DNA of 64,000 bases. Source: Candidatus Alcyoniella australis (GTDB lineage: Bacteria; Lernaellota; Lernaellaia; JAVCCG01; Alcyoniellaceae). The DNA is taken from assembly GCA_030765605.1 (NCBI GenBank), contig JAVCCG010000098.1:30835-94834 (forward strand), given 5' to 3'. Below, piece by piece: positions 56,107-64,000 of this stretch (position 1 is the first letter of the stretch; each line of letters begins with the position of its first letter). Both the position numbers and the translations under genes were made by a program. The notes below the pieces were generated by a model, which was given only the letters and a program-made list of their open reading frames with translations, did no database searches and was not told the origin of the DNA.

Positions 56107-57906
56107 TCAGTACAGCAGCTCTGCGTAGCGGGCGATCTCCATCCGTTCGCGGGCCTGTTCGCTGAGTTCGGAGAACAGCTCGGGAGTCAGGCGGGAGCAC
56201 TGGGTCTCCAGGCGCTGCTCGAACACCTGCTCGAGCCTGCGCACCAGCGTGGAGTCGAACAGGTTGATCATATTCTCGGACTCGATGTAGCACGAGCGCA
56301 TGGTCAGATTGAACGAGCCGACAGCCGCAACCTCGCCGTCGACGATGATCTCCTTGGCGTGGTAATACGGCTGGGGCTGCTCCGAATCGCCGGTGCCGTT
56401 GACTAGATAGACCTCGATCCCGGCGCGGATCAGCTCGCCGAAGTGCCGTAGCGAGACAAAGTACCCGCTGCCGAAGGTCACTTCGCTGCTGGTCTCCAGC
56501 GAGTTGCTGATCAGCTTGACCCGCACTCCGCGCTGCACCGCATCGAACAGCGCTCGGCGCAGCAGGCAGTCCTGAAGCGCCACGTACTGCGAGCCGATCA
56601 GCACCCGCTGCCTTGCAAGCTGGATCAGCGTGACCACGCTGTGCAGCACCGACAGGTCGCCGGCCCAAGGGCGCGATTGTACGAATTGCGCCTCGACCGA
56701 GCCTGAGGGCGCGGGATCGGGCAGCAGCTCGATCGGCTGTACGCGCTGCTCGTCGTCCGCGGAAAACTCGTTGAAGCTGCGCAGGAATCCGCGCTGGATG
56801 GATTTAACCAGCGGCCCGTGGATCATCAGGTCGAGGTCGATCCAGCTATGGAAGTAGCGGTCGTCGAGGTTGCGTCCGCCGACGATCGCCCGTTCGCCGT
56901 CCACGATCAGCAGCTTCTCGTGGATCGCATAGTCCAGCAGCGGCAGTGCCGGCAGGCCGCCGGGGCCCTGGAATCCGGGCAGCCAGTCGGGTACCCGGCC
57001 CTCACGTTTGGCAGCGTTGCGCTCCGAATAGGCGCGCAGCCAGACCGCCCAGCCCGGCCGCTCCTCGGGCGGTCCCTGGGCCTTACGCAGCCGGTCGGGG
57101 TCGAACATCACCAGGTTGACCCCCTGCATACCGCGGTCGAAACCGCGACGCGCCTCATCGAAATACTCACGGAACGTCTCACGGCTGCCCAGGCGCGAGA
57201 TGTCGAACTCAATTCGGCGTCCCAGGCTCTGTAGCTCGCGGACCACGCCCGCGAACTTCAGCCGTAGCGCGCTCAGCGGCGAGGCCGCAATCTGAGTCGT
57301 GGCGTTGAGGATCACGTTGACCTCGATCCCCGCCGCAGCGCGTTCCTGCAGCGCCTTGACGATCTCGCCGACCTGCCCCTCGTCGTCCATGATGTAGGTC
57401 TGGAGGTTGATCTGCCGCTTGGCCGAGCGGATCAGCTCGAGCCTGTCGCGCATCGAATCATCGCCGCTCAGCAGCGGCTCAATGCGGTTGCCCCCCACCG
57501 TCTCAACCTTGCCCGCGCGTTCGAGCATCCACCGGCCCAGATCCGCGCCCGGCCCGCCCTGGGCCGCGATTCGCGCGTATTCCACTTCCAGTCGCGCCCG
57601 ACCTTTGGCCGAATTCCCCTCACTGTCCAGCGCCCTGACCAACGGATCGTGCCGTCCGGTCTCGGCCAGCAGCGGCACCTCGATCTCGACGTGGTAGACC
57701 CCTTCGCGGGTCTCGGGGATGCTGCGCCCCGGGTCAAGCCGCATGGCCGCGTCCGCCGGGCCGCCCAGGGTGCGCAGATCGACGCTCACCGATTCGATCG
57801 TCACCGCGTCAGCGCGCGAAAATACTGTACAGCAGACGCGCGTATGGCCGCTGCCGTCGTTGGGCGCGCTCGCGGGTTGGGCTCGCAGATCTTTGATTAT
57901 TGCCAT
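56107..57906 (-). CDS. Phospholipase D / cardiolipin-synthase-like protein (two HKD motifs) with N-terminal Ig-like domain
   Basis: HEKLLIVDGERAIVGGRNL and HAKEIIVDGEVAAVGSFNL; ~120-aa beta-rich N-terminal domain; no signal peptide seen. Confidence 0.85.
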   Translation of the reverse strand: MAIIKDLRAQPASAPNDGSGHTRVCCTVFSRADAVTIESVSVDLRTLGGPADAAMRLDPGRSIPETREGVYHVEIEVPLLAETGRHDPLVRALDSEGNSAKGRARLEVEYARIAAQGGPGADLGRWMLERAGKVETVGGNRIEPLLSGDDSMRDRLELIRSAKRQINLQTYIMDDEGQVGEIVKALQERAAAGIEVNVILNATTQIAASPLSALRLKFAGVVRELQSLGRRIEFDISRLGSRETFREYFDEARRGFDRGMQGVNLVMFDPDRLRKAQGPPEERPGWAVWLRAYSERNAAKREGRVPDWLPGFQGPGGLPALPLLDYAIHEKLLIVDGERAIVGGRNLDDRYFHSWIDLDLMIHGPLVKSIQRGFLRSFNEFSADDEQRVQPIELLPDPAPSGSVEAQFVQSRPWAGDLSVLHSVVTLIQLARQRVLIGSQYVALQDCLLRRALFDAVQRGVRVKLISNSLETSSEVTFGSGYFVSLRHFGELIRAGIEVYLVNGTGDSEQPQPYYHAKEIIVDGEVAAVGSFNLTMRSCYIESENMINLFDSTLVRRLEQVFEQRLETQCSRLTPELFSELSEQARERMEIARYAELLY

Positions 57907-57954
57907 TAAGATCAGTATTAAGCGCTACGGCACCCCGGGTCAATCGCACCCATT

Positions 57955-58863
57955 TTACGCGTCGAGCTTGTCCAGCACCGAGCGCAGTAGGTCCTCGGCC
58001 GTGGCGACCGATGCGTCGGCCTCCACCAGCGCGCTGGAGACGCTCAGTTGCAGCGGTTCGTCGTCGAGGTCGAACATTGAAGAACCGATCAGATTCACCA
58101 GTTGCTCCAACTGCTCGGCCGCCTGCTGATAGTTCAGGCTGGGCAGCACCAGGGCGAAGGTAGCCGGTGCGATGTTGTACAGCGACTCGTCGGTGTTCAG
58201 CGATGTCAGGGCCAGCGCACGGAACTGGGCCAGCAGCCGGTCGCGCGACTGCGAACCACGCTCGTTGAGCACACCGTCGAGCTGGTCGATGCGCAACACG
58301 GCCAGGCACAGTTGCCTGCCATAGCGCTTGAGGCGGTACAGCTCGCGCTCGAGCTCCTTGGTCACCGAGCTGCGGTTGAACTCGATCACCAGATTGTCCA
58401 CGCTGTTACACGTAGCAAGTTCGTTTTCCAGCTCGCGATCGGCCTCCTCGCCGGCCAGGAACAGGAAGCGCGACTCGCCGACCTTGATCCGATCACCGTT
58501 CTCGATGGGCTGCGAGGAAACGCGTCGGCCGTTGACATAGGTGCCGTTGGTCGAACCCAGGTCCACGATGTACGGCCCCTCGTTGCTGACCACGATCCGG
58601 CAGTGCAGCCGCGAGACGAATTGCTGGTTGAGCGTCACGTCACACTTATGGGAGCGGCCCATCAGTAACGAGGAATTACGGATCGAAAATAACTTGCCGA
58701 CCTCGTCGCCCTGAATCGTAACCAGGCAGCAGAACAGAGCCTTATCCTGGAAAATGTCGCTGTCCGTGATCGATTCACGGTTAATCATGGTGATTCCGCT
58801 GGTTTGCCTAGCGTGTTCCACTTGACTTTCCTCACTGCTCATCTTTTTTAGCCTCTCGTTCAT
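57955..58863 (-). CDS. FHA domain protein with C-terminal degenerate GGDEF-like domain
   Basis: FHA: GRSHKCDVTLNQQFVSRLHCRI...DLGSTNGTYVNGRRV; C-terminal RYGRQLCLAVLRIDQLDGVLNERGSQSRDRLL...YNIAPATFALVLP aligns to GGDEF fold with GGDEF replaced by APATF. Start uncertain (TTG 58881, ATG 58863, ATG 58842 with GAGAGG). Confidence 0.75.
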   Translation of the reverse strand: MNERLKKMSSEESQVEHARQTSGITMINRESITDSDIFQDKALFCCLVTIQGDEVGKLFSIRNSSLLMGRSHKCDVTLNQQFVSRLHCRIVVSNEGPYIVDLGSTNGTYVNGRRVSSQPIENGDRIKVGESRFLFLAGEEADRELENELATCNSVDNLVIEFNRSSVTKELERELYRLKRYGRQLCLAVLRIDQLDGVLNERGSQSRDRLLAQFRALALTSLNTDESLYNIAPATFALVLPSLNYQQAAEQLEQLVNLIGSSMFDLDDEPLQLSVSSALVEADASVATAEDLLRSVLDKLDA

Positions 58864-58995
58864 GACCAAACTAAACAGCAACCCGCATGCCGAACTGTGG
58901 ACAAGACGCTGTATCTACTTGATATTAGGCTAATCTTATTTTTTTAGTGTTCTTTGGCCCAATCCAGCCCAAGCAAGCTGCTTCACACCTAGCGG

Positions 58996-59021
58996 CCCAA
59001 TTTGACCCAATCTTCCCCAAT
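58996..59021. promoter_or_regulatory. Three CCCAAT direct repeats phased at exactly 10 bp upstream of the FHA gene
   Basis: CCCAAT at 58996, 59006, 59016 (a fourth at 58958) in an AT-rich stretch 130-160 bp upstream of the FHA start. Confidence 0.3.
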
Positions 59022-59036
59022 CCGAATCTTAATTTT

Positions 59037-59460
59037 CCACCCCGCACCCGGCACCTTGGAGGTGCCCGCATGACTCGCGTAGTTCGATGGTTGTTAGGCA
59101 ACGATCCACCCCGCGACGACACCTTTGAGGTGCCACAAAACTCGCGTAGCTCGCTGGTCGTAATGCCACGATCCACTCCGCGGCGGCACCTTGGAGGTGC
59201 CCACAAAACTCGCGTAGTTCGATGGTTGTTAGGCAACGATCCACTCCGCGGCGACACCTTTGAGGTGCCACAAAACTCGCGTAGCTCGATGGTTGTTAGG
59301 CAACGATCCACTCCGCGGCGACACCTTGGAGCTGCCACAAAACTCGCGTAGTTCGATGGTTGTTAGGCAACGATCCACTCCGCGGCGACACCTTGGAGCT
59401 GCCCGCAAAACTCGCGGATTACGCTGGTAGTTGACCAACGTGCCACTCCGCGACCAAAGA
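59037..59460 (+). repeat. Tandem array: 6 full + 1 truncated copies of a 67-69-bp non-coding unit
   Basis: Units begin CCAC[CT]CCGCG at 59037, 59106, 59173, 59241, 59308, 59375, 59443; consensus CCACTCCGCGGCGACACCTTGGAGGTGCCACAAAACTCGCGTAGTTCGATGGTTGTTAGGCAACGAT. Confidence 0.95.
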
Positions 59461-59475
59461 TCGGGGAGGTGGGGT

Positions 59476-59530
59476 AAAGATCGTAGAAACGATCTTTGTT
59501 TGTAGGCTCGCCGAGGCGGCTTGGAGCCGC

Positions 59531-59532
<2 letters not shown>
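59476..59532 (-). terminator. Two hairpins at the 3' end of the poly-Asp lipoprotein gene (terminator candidates)
   Basis: AGGCGGC-ttgga-GCCGCCT (59514-59532, overlaps stop codon) and AAAGATCGT-agaa-ACGATCTTT (59476-59497); no long U tract. Confidence 0.4.
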
Positions 59533-61282
<1,750 letters not shown>

Positions 61283-61474
61283 ACGCGTCTCCCAATGGAA
61301 GGCTGGGGCCAATAGGATTAGCATGCCACGAACGGCCGGTCAAAAGCCCGTCATCGCATTTGGAATTGTTTTCGCGCTAGCCTGGATTATTTATGATGGT
61401 GCGTAGCGAGGAGTACAAGATGCCGCAAGAACAAGGAAGCACTCCTAACTCAAAGGCCGACGAGGGTCTCTGCG

Positions 61475-61545
61475 ACGCGGGGAGGTTCGTTGGTCAACGA
61501 GAGGCGCGATACGCGAGCTTTGCGGGCGGCTCAAAGCCGCCTGCG
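61475..61545 (-). repeat. Solo inverted copy of the 67-bp repeat family
   Basis: Reverse complement reads AGGCGGC-tttga-GCCGCC-CGCAAAGCTCGCGTATCGCGCCTCTCGTTGACCAACGAACCTCCCCGCG, closest to array unit 6 (…CCCGCAAAACTCGCGGATTACGCTGGTAGTTGACCAACGTGCCACTCCGCG). Confidence 0.65.
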
Positions 61546-61734
61546 CAGGCGTACCAATTGAGGTACGTCGAGGACGGATCGGCGAGGATGACACAGTTAT
61601 TGCCAGCAGATTGTGCCCGCAGTAGAACCCTTATGAATAATCCCGGCTAGGCCGTTTGACACGGCGCAGGCCAGCCGGGATCATTCATTCAAGCTTCACA
61701 GGCCGGTATTTCCAGACAGTGGGAGGTGTGCACG

Positions 61735-62616
61735 ATGACGGCGCAAATCATCAGCGGCAAAGAGATCTCGCAGCAGATCCGCGACGAGCTGCGGGACGAG
61801 GTGGCCGAGTTTAAAGCCTCGCGCGGAATCGTTCCCGGACTGGCCACGGTGTTGGTGGGCGAGGACCCGGCGTCGGTCTCGTACGTGCGCGGCAAGGCCC
61901 GCGGCTGCGAGCAGATCGGGGTCGCCAACTTCCAGCACAACCTGTCCGCGGATGTGTCCGAGGCCGAGCTGCTCGAGCTGGTGGCGCAGCTCAACGCCCG
62001 CGCCGACGTACACGGCATCCTGGTGCAGCTCCCGCTGCCGCAGCAGATCGACGAGAACAAGGTGCTCTACGCCATTGACCCGGACAAGGACGTGGACGGG
62101 TTCCACCCGTTCAACGTGGGGAGGCTGCTGATCGGCCAGGAGCGTTTCGCACCCTGCACCCCGGCCGGGATCAGGGAACTGCTGCTCCGCTCGGGCACGC
62201 AAACCGCCGGGGCCGAGCTGGTGATCGTCGGCCGCAGCAACCTGGTGGGCAAGCCGCTGGCAGCGATGATGGTGCAAAAGCAGGTGGGCGCAAACGCCAC
62301 GGTCACGATCTGCCACACGCGCACCCGCGAGCTGGCCGAGCATACCCGGCGCGCCGAGATCCTGATCGTGGCCGCAGGACGTCCGGGCGCGATCACAGCC
62401 GAAATGGTCAAGCCCGGAGCCACGGTAATCGACGTGGGCGTCAACCGCATCGGCGTAACCGAGTCGGGCAAGGCCCGGCTTTGCGGCGATGTGGACTTTG
62501 AGGGAGTCAGCCAAGTGGCGGGCAAGATCACGCCGGTGCCCGGCGGCGTGGGTCCGATGACGATCACGATGTTACTGAAAAATACGGTCAAAGCCGCCAA
62601 ATTAGCATCCGCGTAA
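61735..62616 (+). CDS. folD: Bifunctional methylenetetrahydrofolate dehydrogenase/cyclohydrolase
   Basis: ATG 61735 with GGGAGG SD; MTAQIISGKEIS..., PGLATVLVGEDPASVSYV, GRSNLVGKPLA, PVPGGVGPMT. Confidence 0.95.
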   Translation: MTAQIISGKEISQQIRDELRDEVAEFKASRGIVPGLATVLVGEDPASVSYVRGKARGCEQIGVANFQHNLSADVSEAELLELVAQLNARADVHGILVQLPLPQQIDENKVLYAIDPDKDVDGFHPFNVGRLLIGQERFAPCTPAGIRELLLRSGTQTAGAELVIVGRSNLVGKPLAAMMVQKQVGANATVTICHTRTRELAEHTRRAEILIVAAGRPGAITAEMVKPGATVIDVGVNRIGVTESGKARLCGDVDFEGVSQVAGKITPVPGGVGPMTITMLLKNTVKAAKLASA

Positions 62617-62628
62617 CATCAACGGACA

Positions 62629-63195
62629 TTGCGCCGGGAGGCGATCATCAGCGAACACGCGCAGCATCCCAACTCCGATCTTCTCGACGAGATCAACGCG
62701 CGCGGCCATGCGAACGTAGCGCGCTGCTTCAACTGCGGAAAATGCAGCGGCGGCTGCCCGCTGGCGTTCGCCATGGAGTTCGGGCCGCAGCAGATCGTAC
62801 GCATGGTGCAACTGGGGATGCGCGACGCGCTCTTGCACTCCCACGCGATCTGGGTCTGCGCCTCGTGCCAGACCTGCACCGCGCGCTGCCCCAACGAGGT
62901 GGACGTTGCCGGGCTGATCGACGAGCTGCGGCGGATGAGCCTCGAGGCGGGCCTGGAACCGGCCGAGCCGCGAGTGGCGCAGTTCCACCGCGCGTTTTTA
63001 GAAACCGTCCAACGCAGCGGTAGGGCCCACGAACTGGAGCTGACCGCACGCTTCAAGCTCGCGGCGCGCGACCCACTGGGCGACGCCCGGCTGGGCCTGG
63101 AGCTGCTGCGTCGCGGCAAGCTCAAACTAACGCAGGGCAAGGTCCGCGGCCGCGACGAGGTGCGCCGAATCCTCGACCGCCCCAAGGGGAGCTGA
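62629..63195 (+). CDS. HdrC-like 4Fe-4S dicluster protein
   Basis: CFNCGKCSGGCP and CASCQTCTARCP ferredoxin-type motifs; TTG start 62629 (no ATG before residue ~48), start uncertain. Confidence 0.75.
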   Translation: MRREAIISEHAQHPNSDLLDEINARGHANVARCFNCGKCSGGCPLAFAMEFGPQQIVRMVQLGMRDALLHSHAIWVCASCQTCTARCPNEVDVAGLIDELRRMSLEAGLEPAEPRVAQFHRAFLETVQRSGRAHELELTARFKLAARDPLGDARLGLELLRRGKLKLTQGKVRGRDEVRRILDRPKGS

Positions 63196-64000
63196 CCCTG
63201 CGCGCGGCGTACTACCCGGGCTGCTCGCTGGCCGGCATAGCCAACGACTACGACCGTAGCGTGCGCGCGGCCTGCGCGCTGCTGGGGGTAGAGCTGGTCG
63301 AGCTGCCCGACTGGAGCTGCTGCGGTGCGACCTCGGCGCACATGCTCGACCCGCAGGCGGCAGTGATGCTCCCGGCGCGCAACCTTTTAATTGCAAATAA
63401 GTTGGGGCTGGCCGAGCTGCTGGTTCCCTGCTCAGCCTGTTTCGCGCGGCTGCGCGCGGCTGACATTGAATTGCGCAACGACCCCGGTCGCCTGATCAAC
63501 GAGCCGTACGACGACCCACCGACGATTTTTCACATCAACGAGTTTTTCGACCGGCCCGAGCTGCTCGAGCGCCTGACGCAACGCGTCAAACAATCGCTGC
63601 ACGAGCTGCGCGGCGTGTGCTACTACGGCTGCCTATCCCAGCGCCCGGCCGCAATCACCGGCAGCGCGCGGCCCGAGGACCCGCTGTCGATGGAACGCGT
63701 GCTCGAGGCGCTTGGCATGCGCGCGCTCCCCTGGTCGTACAAGACCGACTGCTGCGGCGCTTCGCTGAGCCTGTCGCGACCCGACCTTGTACGGCAACTC
63801 AGCGGAAATCTGTTCCAGGCGGCCAAACTTTGCGGGGCCGAGCTGATGGTGGTCGACTGCCCGATGTGCCAATCCAACCTCGACACGCGCCAATCGCAGA
63901 TCGAGGACGAGCGCAACACGCGCTACGGCCTGCCGATCGTCTACATCAGCGAGCTGATCGCCCTGGCATTGGGCGACGAGGGGAACGATTGGTGGCCGGG
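63192..64000 (+). CDS. HdrB-like protein with two CCG domains; 3' end outside window; not in ORF track (no stop)
   Basis: Frame 3 open from before 63060 to the window end; AYYPGCS, DWSCCGATS...PCSACF and KTDCCGASL...DCPMCQ; no in-frame ATG/GTG/TTG near the expected start, CTG at 63192/63198 after AAGGGGAG. Confidence 0.75.
   Translation, partial: MTLRAAYYPGCSLAGIANDYDRSVRAACALLGVELVELPDWSCCGATSAHMLDPQAAVMLPARNLLIANKLGLAELLVPCSACFARLRAADIELRNDPGRLINEPYDDPPTIFHINEFFDRPELLERLTQRVKQSLHELRGVCYYGCLSQRPAAITGSARPEDPLSMERVLEALGMRALPWSYKTDCCGASLSLSRPDLVRQLSGNLFQAAKLCGAELMVVDCPMCQSNLDTRQSQIEDERNTRYGLPIVYISELIALALGDEGNDWWP

Noticed and set aside
56107-57906. PLD-family protein as a DISARM-type or other defence nuclease
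   Set aside because: It is a large two-HKD cardiolipin-synthase-like protein. No helicase, methyltransferase, DUF1998 or other defence partner lies nearby. The context is envelope and signalling genes.
59200-59240. tRNA-like T-arm (GTTCGATGG) inside the repeat unit
   Set aside because: No acceptor-stem pairing could be built in any circular permutation of the unit. The unit is shorter than a tRNA, and the D and anticodon arms are absent.
58925-59351. ORFs of 134, 137 and 80 aa running through the tandem array on both strands
   Set aside because: The repeat period is not a multiple of 3, so these ORFs alternate reading frames every unit (45-aa pseudo-period = 2 units). They have no SD and have Arg/Pro/Gly-rich artefactual composition.
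59037-59460. CRISPR array (the ~67-bp period resembles repeat plus spacer)
   Set aside because: The entire 67-69-bp unit is conserved from copy to copy (roughly 85-95% by eye). There are no unique spacers, and no cas genes are in the window. It is a tandem repeat, not a repeat-spacer array.
61393-61650. 85-aa ORF in the 410-bp intergenic region upstream of folD
   Set aside because: Third-position composition is A/T-rich (caa, gaa, gga, act, tca, tta, aat...), unlike every confident gene here. It also spans a copy of the 67-bp repeat and has no SD.

Overview
This is a GC-rich bacterial chromosomal segment. Hand-counted 60-nt lines in ordinary genes give about 65-68% G+C. It is almost fully coding, with about 58 protein genes supported. 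I recognised no rRNA, tRNA, CRISPR array, transposase, integrase, phage gene or known defence system. All domain calls come from motif recognition by eye; no searches were run.

Gene content, left to right:
- a thiolase (partial at the 5' end);
- an MMPL/RND exporter operon with a CocE/NonD hydrolase, a GHMP kinase and an EEP lipoprotein;
- tatA with a micro-ORF, then an M14 carboxypeptidase-PKD protein;
- two paralogous secreted proteins, then MscS;
- a low-GC pentapeptide-repeat/pore gene;
- aldehyde dehydrogenase, pfkA, a polytopic membrane protein, coaE and a PHP protein;
- an acyl-CoA ligase, a 2-hydroxyacyl-CoA-dehydratase-like pair and a LarE-like PP-loop ATPase;
- a 1125-aa methyltransferase/coiled-coil/GT2/GT4 fusion and a UDP-sugar dehydrogenase;
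- a four-gene overlapping operon: IspH-UbiA fusion, methyltransferase and two RluA-family proteins;
- an MFS transporter and an acyl-CoA dehydrogenase;
- a metal-uptake block: unknown exported proteins, a ZnuABC-type transporter, a DUF4198-like protein, Fur, a Fur-FeoA fusion, FeoA and FeoB;
- PolX and a membrane beta-propeller protein;
- two pilin-like genes, then PLD-family and FHA/degenerate-GGDEF genes;
- a poly-Asp lipoprotein, folD, and HdrC/HdrB-like genes (the last runs off the window).

Most unusual signals:
1. A previously unrecognised 67-69-bp intergenic element is present as 6.5 tandem copies at 59037-59460 and as solo or inverted copies at four other intergenic loci. Its hairpin keeps the loop TT[G/T]GA while the stem sequence changes in a compensatory way.
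2. Long poly-Asp tracts occur in three exported proteins, including a pilin-like protein with a 68-residue acidic linker and a Cys-rich C-terminal module.
3. There are several unusual fusions and clusters: Fur-FeoA, IspH-UbiA, MT-GT2-GT4, and the dehydratase-like pair with LarE but no activator.

Functional interpretations of these are hypotheses.
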